Source: the human T2T-CHM13v2.0 reference genome, Homo sapiens
Length of the DNA stretch: 64,000 nt
Assembly: GCF_009914755.1 (NCBI RefSeq)
Contig: NC_060931.1
Strand: one strand, 5' to 3'
Positions 1 through 12,719 of this stretch are shown here, piece by piece. Both the position numbers and the translations under genes were made by a program. The notes beneath the pieces are model-generated. The model was not told the origin of the DNA, ran no database searches, and worked only from the letters and a program-made list of their open reading frames with translations. The stretch's first letter is position 1; every line of letters starts with the position of its first letter.

Positions 1-1179
1 CATTATCATGTTTTTCACATTTAATATTAACCTTTCTATTGACCAAAGCTACATTTTAAGCCATCAGCAAATCCATTTTTAAATGCTTTTATCAAATTAG
101 AATAAGAAGATATTACACTGAGAACAAAGGTGAAGCCTTGCTTTATGACTCAGATGCAACTTCTGTTTGTCATTTTCCCCTAACTGCAATCAATAGATCA
201 TGCCTGAGTACAGTTCATCCAAAGAGCACTGAAGTTATTTAAATTCACCCTGCCAAGAAATATTATAAATGAACATATTAAAAATACCATAGAATATATA
301 AATACCATAATGTTCTTCATGTCAAATTGAAAATAAATGAAGATCAGTTTTTTAAATTAAGAAGGTAAGAACAATTAGTAATTCATCACTGTCAATAAAG
401 CCATAGATCAATTTCCAAAACATGAAGCTTAAACAACTTACTACTTACAAGTAATGGAAGTAATACAACTATACTATTCAACTATAGTAATACAACTATA
501 CAACTATTTCTGGCACATAAAATATATTTAAAAGTTACAGCTTTTCCAAATACTATTATGATATATCAATTGTTTTTACCTTTCTGTAGTTGTCAGAAGT
601 GTATATGTATAATGCTTGGGTATAAATTTTCCCAATAATTATAAAAGATATTCTTACCTACATGATTCTACATTTCAGAGATGCTACAACATAAAGAAAA
701 AGTGTACAATATGACTTCTATTCTTATTTATTTGCTAGATTATACTCATTTGGAACAGTTATTTTCATTAGTATATAAACCCATAAAAGGTCTTTCACAT
801 AAAACAAAGACTCTAAAACATATGGATATACATGTCCACATTCTAAATGTAACGTGTGACTGGAAAGCAAGAGAACATCAGCAGCACTGGGTGAAAACAG
901 ATTTCACTGCAAGAAAGTTATCTGGAATATTCCTAGACCAAATTTGTTTTATAGCCAGAGTTCATGGTTTAGTCTAAAGAAAGAGAGCAAGAGTGTGTCT
1001 CAACTTCCCTTCCTTACAGCTGTGGTTGGAGTTCTACGTTAAAGGATCTGATTATACCATTTCCCTACCAGAATATTTTCAATTTGAATTGTGTGAAACA
1101 GTCTCTTGAACCTGGCTTACCAATTCTCTCATGATCTGGTTTTATCCACAAAGATTCATCTCCTCCAGCTTTTCAAACA

Positions 1180-1957
1180 CGAACTGTTCAGTAACATGCC
1201 CAACTATTTGCAGCTTCCCAAATATCCCAAGTTCTTCTATACTTCTGTGCTTTGCATAATCATGCTTTTAACCTAAAATATACTGACCTTCTTAATTTTT
1301 ATTTACTCCTTGAGTTAACATGAGTCATCTCCTTTTTAAAAACTTCAGTGATCCTATGAGGCAGAGAGTATACTCTATCCACTGTGCCCCTTGGCACATT
1401 GAGCATGTCTCTAGTCCTTGTTGCACTATATTAGAATCATTTGATTACATATTTTCCCATCTCCAACTAAATAGTGCATACTTAATGGGCAGGGGCTGCT
1501 ATTATTAATGCAGGTGTAATGCCTGCAACATAGCAGGCATAACCATGTGCCTGTGACATACCAAGCACAATAAATGTGCATATAATGCCAGTAACATAGC
1601 ATGTAATGCCTAGTATACAGCAGTTCTGATGAGAGCTGATGGTTTTAAAAGTGTTTGGCAGTTCCCCCTTTCCCCTCTCTTTCTCCTGCTGCCATGTAAG
1701 ACATGCCTTGCTTCCCCTTTGCCTTCCACCATGATTGTAAATTTTCTGAGTGAGGCCTCTTCAGGTATGTGGAACTATGAGCCAGTCTCAGATAGTATCT
1801 TTACAGCAGTGTGAGGATGGACTAATATAGTAAGCAATAAAATTCTTATCTGTAACCAAATTAAAAAAAATGAAATTTCTGTGCTCAGCTAACTTTCTCT
1901 CTATTGCACTCACCTTATACAGCAAGCACAATAAATGTGAAATGAAAGAATGAATGA
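1180..1957 (+). mobile_element. Degenerate L2 3' end, interrupted by the duplicated segment at 1623-1915
   Basis: L2-like tail motifs (atgcctg..cacatag..agcacaataaatg, gaatgaatga); boundaries approximate. Confidence 0.5.
1623..1915 (+). repeat. Local duplicate of 4524-4850 (3' part of the THE1D/MSTA LTR plus its unique right flank)
   Basis: Colinear with 4524-4850 past the LTR end into flanking DNA (gtaagcaataaaattcttatctgtaaccaaattaaaaa...gctcagctaactttctctctattg); bounded by the direct repeat TATACAGCA. Confidence 0.9.
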
Positions 1958-2841
1958 GCCTAGGCAGCAGACTGAGAAGTCTAACCAATGATTAAACCAG
2001 TTTGTTGATAATGTTTAAATGTTGTTTCTAAGGTCAGAATTTTTCTCCAGTGTTCTAGCTCTCTAATGGAATGCATACCATAGCCATTTCCTGGGTTGTG
2101 TATCCTAGAGAAGTCAAGACTAAATATCCAGAAGGCTCTCCATATAGATTTCTTATTTAAAATTATTGTATATAGTTCTGAATCAAAGTTAACATTTTGG
2201 AATCTTAATGAAAATATAAGCCAAATATTTTGTGACAACATGTCATTTCTATCATGATCTCAGCAGCTATGATTTCTAGCAATTCAGTGTTCTGTCCAAA
2301 GGGAGATGAGAATCAGGAAAAATAAAAAAAAAGGAATCTTGAAACAAAATTGGCCAAAATATATATATATATATGTTGAGGCACTTTAGCCACTCCCACT
2401 CCACTGTCTCTCTGTTGGGCTAACTCTGCTTTTGTAAGGACAGTTGATGTTTTCTTATCTAACATCACATGCTCTACAAAGATGAAACCAGTTCTAGAAG
2501 AATCCTCTTCCAACTAGATTTTACTTTGCACTCTATCAAGAAATCTTCCATAGACAATTAACTTGTTTTGAAAAGCCACGTTAGATCCTTCCTTTAGTAT
2601 AATCTAGGGGTTTTGCAAATGTTTTCATTGACATATTCTAAAGAAAAATGTAGAATAAATAGTTGGTTAGGGGTAAATTTTGGATACATCTGTGAGTCTA
2701 AGCCTAGTAGCCACTTATTCAAAGCAGGAACTTTCCCTCTCCTCTCTTTCTATATCACTTAGACCTCTTTTGGGATAAAAACAATGAAGAGACTTTACTG
2801 GTTTAAATAATGGCTTTAGGTAAGAATTAAACATAGCTTCA

Positions 2842-3152
2842 GGCTCGGCATGGTGGCTCATGCCTCTAATTCCAGCACTGTAGGAGGCCAAGTGGGAGGA
2901 TTGGTTGATCCCAGGAGTTAGAGACCATCTCGGGCCATAGAGTAAGACTTTGTCCCTACAAAAAAATAAAAACTTAAATTAAAACAACTAGCTGGGCCTA
3001 GTGGTGCACACCTGTTGTCCCAGCTACTTGGAAGGCTGAGGCAGGAGGATCATTTGAGCCCAGGAGTTTGAGGGCTGCAGTGAGCTATGGTCATGCCATT
3101 GCACTCCAGCCTGGGTGACAGAGTGAGACCCATTCTCTAAAATAAAATAAAA
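2842..3152 (+). mobile_element. Alu (AluJ-type)
   Basis: Dimeric Alu with A-rich linker and tail; J-type wording (ggaggatcatttgagcccaggagtttgag...gtgagctatg). Confidence 0.9.
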
Positions 3153-4381
3153 TGTAGAAAACAACACGTGGCTTCATGTGAGGATAGCTCTAAAGGCTCA
3201 AGTAATACCAATGAATATCTTCTCTGCTCTCTGCCTTTCATATTATCAAATTTATATAGTGACTGCAAAGAGCTCCAATGTCTCTTTTAATTATTTCTGT
3301 ACAAGCTCTTGGATATATTCTCTCTGTTAGCTTGTACTGGGTCACATGTTCATCCTTAAAGCGATTATTACAGCCAAGTAGATGGGATATACTGCTTGCC
3401 TCGACTGGGAGGTAAGATCCATCCCAGCAAGCCTCAATAATTTAGGGGATTTCTTTTCCTCAAAGAAAAATCAGGGCGGTTTATGATAGAAGAGAATGAA
3501 ACAATGTTGAGGAGGCAAGCAGCACAATGTATATTAATCTTCTATAATTTTATATCAATTCAGCAATTTCAATATAAGATCAACAATTCTAACATTTTAA
3601 TGAGCTAATTTACTTAAATTCCTTACCCCTTTTTAGCCTACTAGCAAAACTGGAAGTCAAGAAAGTCAAGAAAATGCACTGTATTAATCTTGTAGCAAGC
3701 TATAGCATGTTCCCTGTTTCAACCATAGGTGCTCCTGAGATAAGAAATCTCATATTGAGAATCAAAGGTAAACAGCATCTCTTTTTTTACTTCCTAATGT
3801 GGGTTCCTGGTGACTTTTTTTTTGAAGATATATTTTCCTCAGCTTCGACTTAACACAAGGCTAAGTACCAGCGGTCTTAAAGTTTAAAGATTACTACAGC
3901 TTTCTTAATTATATTTAATTGCCTTTCTACAGCAATATTCCCTGATCATACATAAGTCAAGTCCAATTTCTGCCCACAGTCAGTAGCTTGTTGTCTTCTA
4001 AAAACAGAAAAGTACGATTCTAGTGACACATTCAGTATAGTTCTTATGTTATACAAATAAAAAACGTGCATTTCTAATCTACTCTAAAATTAGTAACATT
4101 GCTACAATACTTTTTATAAGTTTGGTCAAACTCACATAATCTTGTTCTATTCAAAAGATATTAGCTCAATGTCAACTCAGAGATATGTTTCTCTGTAAAA
4201 CAGGTGAAATAATTTTTTTATTATAGAATTTTATTATATATTTATTTTCTGTTAGTGAATACAATAGACATTTATTTAAGGCCATGTATATGTGCTTTGA
4301 AAATGAGGTCACTTATCTGATGAGTGTGTTATGAAAATAAATGAGCTAGGCTGCAAATCATGTAATCAAGTTATTGGTAAG

Positions 4382-4762
4382 TGATATGGTTTGCGTGTGT
4401 CCCGACCCAAATCTCATCTTGAATTGTAATCTGAATTGTAAACCCCACCAGGCAGGGACCAGGTGGGAGGTATTTACATCATGGGGATGGTTTCCCCCAT
4501 GCTGCTCTTGTGATAGTGAGGGAGTTTTGACAAGAGCTGATGGTTTTAAAAGTGTTTGGCAGTTCCCCCTTTGCTCTCTCTCTCTCTCGCTGCCATATAA
4601 GGCATGCCTTGCTTGCCCTTTGCCTTCCACCATGATTGTAAGTTTTCTGAGTGAGGCCTCTTCAGCCATGTAGAACTATGTGAGCCAATTAAACCTCTTT
4701 CCTTTATAAATTAGCCAGTCTCAGATAGTATCTTTATAACAATGTGAGGATACACTAATACA
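4382..4762 (+). mobile_element. MaLR solo LTR (THE1D/MSTA-like)
   Basis: Starts tgatatggtttg, ends ctaataca; 5-bp TSD GTAAG at 4377-4381 and 4763-4767. Confidence 0.9.
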
Positions 4763-4859
4763 GTAAGCAATAAAATTCTTATCTGTAACCAAATTAAAAA
4801 CAAGGCAGTCTCTATGCTCAGCTAACTTTCTCTCTATTGAACCCACCTTAGAGGAATAA

Positions 4860-5050
4860 CAGTAACAACAAACACTTAAATAGAACACACTAGGAACAAT
4901 TCCTAGCATTTAGCATATATTAACTCATTTGCACTACAAAACAGCATTATAAACAGGTCTCATTTCACAGAAAAGGAAACGTAGTCACTGTGGATTTAAG
5001 GAACTTGCCAAATAAAGTGGCAAAGTTAGCATGTGAACCTAGAGTCAGTG
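4860..5050 (-). mobile_element. MIR fragment
   Basis: MIR core-like catttcacagaaaaggaaac...ttaaggaacttgccaaa. Confidence 0.55.
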
Positions 5051-5472
5051 CTGCAATGACCGGTCTCCAGAAAGTTAAAGCTCAATAAAACATGGTTTAA
5101 TGATAAAATGCTGTGAGAGGAATCCTTCAAATTTCAAGTTTTTCTGTACATTTATTTTTTTCTTCCTATGAAAATACAGGAGCTATTTTGCTCCACTGTA
5201 CTGGGACTTGAGTGTAATGGAATTTGAAGGCATACTGAGATGTTAATAGGGTGTGCAATTTGGTGTCATGCTTTATTCGACATCTGGTAGGCAAAGTTTG
5301 AATTTGCAGTGAGGGCAATAATAAAAGTTTACTTGAGGAGAAATTAAGAGTCATTTCTTGAAAATATGTGATGTTTAGGGATAAAAGAAAGGAATTAGTT
5401 ATGGTTCAGAGATTTATTGACAATCTGTTAAGTGGAACACAGTGCTAGGAAACAGTCACACAAAAATAATTA

Positions 5473-6097
<625 letters not shown>

Positions 6098-6169
6098 TCA
6101 AGGATTCCAACATCTCCACTTGCTGCTCTAGTTTTCCTCAACTAGTGTAATTCTTTTAAATTAGCACTG

Positions 6170-6620
6170 TCCCCTCCACTGTTGCAACCCTTATCTAAGC
6201 CACACTGTCATCTCTCATTGGAATTATAGCTGAAGCTATAGTCTCCTCACTGCTGCTTCTCTGCTCCCCTAAAGTTCGTTCTCAACAAAGCAACATCAGT
6301 GATTCTTTAAAAACATGTCGGTTCTGGTCATTTGTTTCAAACCCTTCAATAGATTCCCATCTTAGTCAGAATAAAAGCCAAAGCCCCTGAATGATCTCAA
6401 GCCTCTGCAGCCTCTTTAAATTCATCACCTAATAACCTCTCCCTAACTCATTCTACTCCAACCACACTGGCCATGTTGTTGTTCCTCAAATAGTCCAAGC
6501 ATTTTCTACCTCTGGGTCTTGCATTTAATGTTCCTTCTGCCCTAAATGTTCTCTTCTCAAATTCGCATAGGGCTTACTTTCTCATCTCCTTTGTGTCTCT
6601 TCACAGATGTCACTCCATCA
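6170..6620 (+). mobile_element. L2 fragment
   Basis: L2 3'-region motifs (ccacactggcc..gttcctcaaa..ccaagc..tcttgcatttaatgttccttctgcc). Confidence 0.65.
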
Positions 6621-6860
6621 GCAGGATTGAGGATTGAATAAATTGTAGTGTTGTGAACTAGGTTGGAAAAATTGGAAGAGAAACTGACTTTGGAGAAAAG
6701 ATGATGAGTTTGACTTTGGTACACAGTGAGGTTAAAATGTCAGTAGGGTTTGGCTGGCACTTCCGGGTATAGCTCTATAGCAGAGCGTTGAAATGAAATA
6801 TTAACTTTTAAGAAAGGATCAGAGAAAGAATATAGCATATAGGAAACAGAGGAAGTAGCA

Positions 6861-9620
6861 TGTGCCAGATTCAGTATGTCCACAAATTCTGGCAAGTACC
6901 TCTCATCAAAAGGTATAGTCTATTCCACTATTCCTTGAGCCTTGTTAGATTTGAGACTTGCTTTGACCCATAGAATGTGGCAGAAGTGGTCTTACAAGAG
7001 TTCAGAACCTAGGCAATAAGTGACCATTCAGCTGTTTTTCTCTCCTAGAACATTATCTTGAGACCACCTAGAAAAGATGCCAGTCTAGTCTACTGGAACA
7101 TGAGAGGACACCTGGAGATAAAATGAGGCACCTTCATTGACATCAGTGGGGCCAACTTAGGCCATTCCACCCATGCCAGCTCTTCAGCTAAATACAGCTG
7201 CATCAGTGAGACCAGGCAAAGCCAACACAGAAACTACCCACCCAACCCAAAGAATTGTGAAAAAATGAAACAAACACAAAAAATTAAGTTTGGGGTAATT
7301 TGTTATGTAGTATACGTAGCTGGTATAGAATTTAATATGTAGCAATGAGATGCTGCTTTAAGAAATCTAAAACAAGTAGAATTGGCTTTGAGACTTGGGA
7401 TTGGTAAAGGCTGAAAAGCAGGCAAGAAGACTGTTAGTGAAGGATAGAGACAGATATTAAATAATAAATTAAATCATTTGCCATAATTCTCCCATCAAGA
7501 GGCAGAGTCTATTTTCCTACCCATTGAATCTAGATCGGCAAAAGTAGGTAAGAAGATTGTTAGTGAAAAATTAGTTCCATAATGTACATATTACATCATG
7601 CAGTGATGAAAAAATTGGCAAAACTGTTTCTTGTGGAAACTTGCAAGATAGAAAATGTAAGTATTTCAAGAAATTCCCAGGAAAAATGTTAAAAATGTCC
7701 ATTTAATGTTTTCTTTTTCTTCTGAGAATGATATGCTATTGGAAGAGAAATAGAGAAGAAATAATTCAATGTGCAATTGGAATTTAGAAGATGCCACAAG
7801 AGCTGTTATAAAATGAAAAAATAAAACTATTTCTCATCCTTACTTCTCTGGGAAAAAGTAAGAAGTGACCTAAGGTAAAAATTAATCTGGGATATAGCTA
7901 ATAATTCTTTGATAACACCAGAGAAAGACTTACGTGATTCACAGAAGACCCTCTCAGCTAGACAGGGCTTTTAAGAATCTTAGAAGCATCTCCCACAGCA
8001 GACTCACATGTAGCCCAAAATAAAAAGAAGGTTGTGTGAAAAACAGTGATGGATATGGCTTTTGGGGCATAAAGTGATATCCAATGAGATATATAGAAAA
8101 CTCAAAACGTTTTAAGGGTGTTGCATTGATAAAACTTTGCCAATTTAGACTTGGAGAAATTCAGACAGTTCAGAGTGAAAAAAATGTCCTCTGGCCTAAT
8201 TTCTGTGGTCCAGAGGCCAACTGAGAAAGTTCCTCGGCTACAAATATAAGCCATTTCTTATGGAAAAGGAAAGATATTTTAGGGGAAAATTCAAGAGCTC
8301 AGAATGAAAGAATCAAGAAAACAGTGGACTAGGAAACGATTCCCAGAGAACAAAAGTAGAGCCTAATCAAGGAACTTACTCTGTTCCTGTTTTATGGTGA
8401 GCAGCTGGATACATATATTTATTGCAGCACTATTTACAATAGCAAAGACATGGAACCAACCCAAATGTCCATCAAAGATAGATTGGATAAAGAAAATGTG
8501 GGACACATACACCATGGGATACTGCAGCCATAAAAAGGAGTGAGATCATGTTGTTTGCAGGGACATGGATGAAGCTGGAAGCTATCATCCTTGGCAAATA
8601 AACACAGGAAGATAAAACCAAATACCACAAGTTCTCACTCATAAGTGGGAGGTGAACAATGAGAACACAGGGACATAGGAAACAATACACACCAGGGCCT
8701 GTCGGGTGTGGGGAGCAGGGAGAGCATCAGCACAAACAGCTAATCCATGCAGGACTTAAAACCTAGGTGACAGGTTGACAAGTGCAGCAAACCACCATGG
8801 CACATGTATACTTATGTAACAAACCTACAGGTTCTGCACTTGTATCTTGGGACTTAAAGTGATTTAAAAAACTGTTATAGGGCAGAAATGGCTGAATGCT
8901 TCCTGTTTTTCTCATTTTTGAATGGGAGAGTGCTTTTCCACTCTCTTTCACAATATTGTATGTTGTATATTTGAAGGGAATTAGTGGAAGATACCTTGTT
9001 CTTTTCATTCACAGACCTCTGATTCAAGAGTAGCTACATTCATATTTGAAACAGATGCAAATCATGAGATAGTAAACTTTAAGCCTGATAATATAATTGC
9101 ATGAGAATTTTTGTGGTCTTGGATGGGGAGGGTGTATATTTTGCATGTGAGAGGATTGAAAATAATTGTAACCAGAGAGTAGACCATAGTAAATTATTTG
9201 CCATAATTCTTTGCAATATATTCCATCAAAAGGCAAAGTCTATTTTCCTACTCATTAAATCTGGATTGTCACTTGTGACTTGCTTTGACTAGCAGAATGT
9301 GGACGAAGTGATATTGTGTGAGTTCAAGAGGACTTTCAGCTTTTGCTTGGTCCTCTTGAAGTTATGCCAAAAGCCACCATATAAAAAGAAGCTGATCTAG
9401 CTTATTGGAGGATGAGAGTCCATGTACCAATGGGGTACCAATGTACCCCAGCTGACAGCACCAATGCCAGATATGTGAGGGAGGACACTTGGACCTTTCA
9501 GCCATAGTCAAACTTCCACAAGAGAGCTCAGGTGAAACCTTAGCAAGCACTTCTGCATTCTCATGATTGCAGCCACTAAGTTTTGAGGTGGTTTGTTACC
9601 TAGCAATAGTTAAATGATAT
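6861..9620 (+). mobile_element. Old MaLR element, LTR-internal-LTR (MLT1G/H-like): 5' LTR ~6861-7327, internal ~7328-9184, 3' LTR ~9185-9620
   Basis: Both LTRs share gacttgctttgac..agaatgtgg..gaagtg and the taagttt.ggggt..tttgtta end motif; MLT-int-like sequence lies between them. Confidence 0.7.
8411..8871 (+). mobile_element. L1PA (approx. PA8-10) 3' end fragment inserted in the MLT1 internal region
   Basis: L1 ORF2 C-terminus and 3'UTR (tttattgcagcactatttacaatagcaaagacatggaacc...gcagcaaaccaccatggcac). Confidence 0.88.
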
Positions 9621-9831
9621 ATGGTCTGAGAGGTGGAAAGAGAATAGGGAATACAGAATCAATGAAGTCATGGGAAGACAATATTTTACAGAGAAGGTGG
9701 ATATAAAGGGAATCAAAGAAGCAAGCAAGAGGCTCACTAATGTGAGGAATGCATCTGTTGGGTTTAATAACTAAACTCCTGCCTAATTTAACTGAAAGTT
9801 ATGCTTTCTGTCCAATGTCCATACTGGCTTT

Positions 9832-9960
9832 GGCCAGGCACAGTGTCATGTGACTGTTGCCCCAGCTACTTGGGATGCTAAGGCAGGAGGATTGCTGGCA
9901 CCCAGGAATTCAAGACCAACTTGGGCAACACAGTGAGACCACATCTCTAAAAGGAAATAA
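9832..9960 (+). mobile_element. Free Alu monomer (FLAM-like)
   Basis: Single Alu arm ending gtgagaccacatctct, followed by an A-rich tail. Confidence 0.75.
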
Positions 9961-11289
9961 AGAGAAAATTGGTTGCTCTGTGTTGTGTTAAGGTACCCAC
10001 CACCTATGACAAAGTAAATGGCTATTTTATATTTGCCATTTGAAGTTGTAGCTAACATTCAGTGGGGAATTTGTATCACTAAGTGGTAAATAATTATTTA
10101 CTCAATTTTTATCTGATGTCTCTGCTGAATCTACCCTACTTTAAAAAATAAAATACATAAAATTATATAGAAAATCCTACTCTTTGCTACAACATTGCCA
10201 TTCAAAAGAACAAAGAACATTGGTTCAACTCTGACGGTTTTTTCTAAAAAAGTATTTTTTACTAAGATATCCAAGTGTATTGTAATACATACACAGACAC
10301 ATATACTAACAGATAGCAGACAAATCAGAGTATCTGATGCCAAGTTTTTATAGTCCAAAATAAAATGGTGATTACTACACACCAACACTGAAGGAAAACA
10401 TATTGCTTGAAATTTTCTAAAAGGTTATAATTACTTTTATCTTTACAACAAATTGAATAAAGAGTCTCAACCCAATTACAGGAAACAAACTCCTACCAAT
10501 AGTTTTAGACGATCCTAATTGTAAGTGAGAGACCTTAGATTTAACATAATATCCAACCTAATTATATTTCAAACACATTAGAAGACATAACATTCTACAG
10601 GAAGGAAACTTTGTTGACTTATTGCTTAAATTATGGAAAAACGATTCAGTTATAGGATGGATTCTTGCATTTAAAAGAAGTTTTTTCTACATAATGGCCT
10701 TGTAATTTGTGTTAAGAAGTAGATTCCAGTTCCAAAGAATGATCATGCATTTGAAGTTGTGCTCTCATCTAGTTCCATAGATATTTGAATTGATCTGAAC
10801 TCAAGGTTCTCACCAAGGTTTCAGAAGCAAATCTTATTTAGGTGAGTTTCCATTCTATAAATATATTTTAACTTTTTGTCTACCACTCTCCCTTGTACAT
10901 TACAATGTCCTTGTTTATCATTAATAAATGATAAAATATGGCACAAAAGGTACTCCCCTGATAGAAAGGCACAAAAATATTTATAAATGTGCTCTTCCAT
11001 TTTAAGTTATTGAAAAGATATTCTAACATTTTCCAATATTAAACAATCTTAATGTCTGCTACTTGGGAGTCTTCAGGTTTTCCAGCCTTCTGAAGCTCCT
11101 TTCTGCATTAAAATTCAAATAGAATTATTTCAATTTCATTGGGAATCCAGGAACCTCCTAAGTGGCAGCGGACTGGAAAACTGCATATTCTCGTGGGCCC
11201 AGAAGACACTGTTTAATCGGGTCTTTGGTTCCTTTTAGTTTATACAACATTTATATTCCTTACCACATAATTGGATTTCGTTTTGTAAT

Positions 11290-11740
11290 GGGTAGTGTTG
11301 CTGGCCAGTTTGGATCCCATGTGATCCCTTTCACTGGATCTCTGCACCCATCTTTCAGATTCTGCAGCTTCAGCCTCATCCCTGACTTTAGGCTGATTGC
11401 CCTTTGACACTAGGTTTTTCTGGCCAATATGGAGAATTGGAAGTTTCTGGGACTCATCTTCTTTTCTCTGGAATTTGCCTCAAGTACACTTTCCTTTTGC
11501 TGATTTTGTTTTGCATACTATTGTTTTAATAAGTCATGGTTATAGGTACAACTGTATGGTGAATCCTCCTAGTGAATCACTAAACCTGGGAATGGTTTTA
11601 GGAGCTCAAGACCCTTTCTCTTTTCTGTATTTTGCTTATTCATTCCCCCTTTTCTTACTGGTTTCTTCTGGGAGCACATCCTTAATAAGCTCGATGCATC
11701 TTCATCCTTGACCTGGCCTATGCTTCTGGAACAATCTATG
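11290..11740 (+). mobile_element. ERVL-class LTR remnants (LTR16-like, with a MER21-like fragment at ~11430-11610)
   Basis: ctgggagcacatccttaataa (LTR16-like) and gaatcctcctagtgaatcactaaacctggg (MER21-like); families from recall. Confidence 0.45.
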
Positions 11741-12268
11741 AATATTCTGAATCAGTCAAAATATTAGTCTCAACTATGAGTTCTATAACTTCTCTTTTTC
11801 TATTCCTGGCATGCTTGCTTTGCTCCCAATCTTCTACCGATTGTCCCACTTACCTCTGTCCCCCTTCACACTGTTACTTTTTAATAATATATGTCTGAAA
11901 AAAAATTCAGTATTCATACAGTTTATATATTGCATACAAATTGTACTATAAGACTTAAAATAGGGCATTATCTTTCCCTATCTCTTTCCACAATGAGTCC
12001 TATTCTCCAGTGGTATAAATTTTCAAAATTCTTACATTTTCCTGAAGATACTGAAATGATATGCCCCCATATTCCTCCTAGTGCTAACTACATGGAAACA
12101 AAGAAGTATGACAAGAACTACTTGGGAAAGAAATAGTACTCAAGTTTTCCCCTTCCTCATCTTATAGGCGGAAACATATCTTATTACAGAAGGAAGAAAT
12201 TGGTGGTAAAAAGTTGAGAAAGATTAAGCAGTCACATGGCAAGCCAGTGCCCTGGATACTAAAGTCAA

Positions 12269-12719
12269 TGATATAGTTTGGATATGTGTCCCCACTAAAT
12301 CTTATATTGAAATGTAATCCCCACTGTTGGAGGTGGCGTCTGGTGGGACGTGATTGGATCACAGGGGTAGATTTCTTATGAACGCTTTAGCACTATCTCC
12401 TTGGTGCTGGCCTTATGATAGTGAGTGAGTTCTCATGAGATCTGGTTGTTCAAAAATGTGTGGCATCTCTCTCTTCTCTCCCTCTGTTGCTCCACTCTGT
12501 CATGTGAGATGCCTGCTCCCACTTAGCCTTCCACCATGAGTAAAAGCTTCCTGAGGCCTTACCAGAGGCTGAACACCTAACAGTGCCATGCTTCCTGTAC
12601 AGCGCCATGCTTCCTGTACAGCCTGCAGGACTGCGAGCCAATTAAACCTCTTTTCCTCTTGCATAAATTACTCAGCCTCAGGTATTTCTTTATAAGCAAT
12701 GCACAAATAGCCGAACACA
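12269..12719 (+). mobile_element. MaLR solo LTR (MSTA/MSTB-like)
   Basis: tgatatagtttggat...gaacaca; 5-bp TSD GTCAA; internal 19-bp tandem duplication gccatgcttcctgtacagc at 12585-12622. Confidence 0.88.

Noticed and set aside
1510-1940. Repeat-spacer-like pattern resembling a CRISPR array
   Set aside because: Units are degenerate, irregularly spaced L2-tail copies in primate DNA, and there are no cas genes.
1629-4909. Pairs of similar ORFs (1629/4374 and 1788/4721) suggesting a duplicated gene
   Set aside because: The similarity comes from the DNA duplication of LTR and flank sequence; the peptides are LTR translations.
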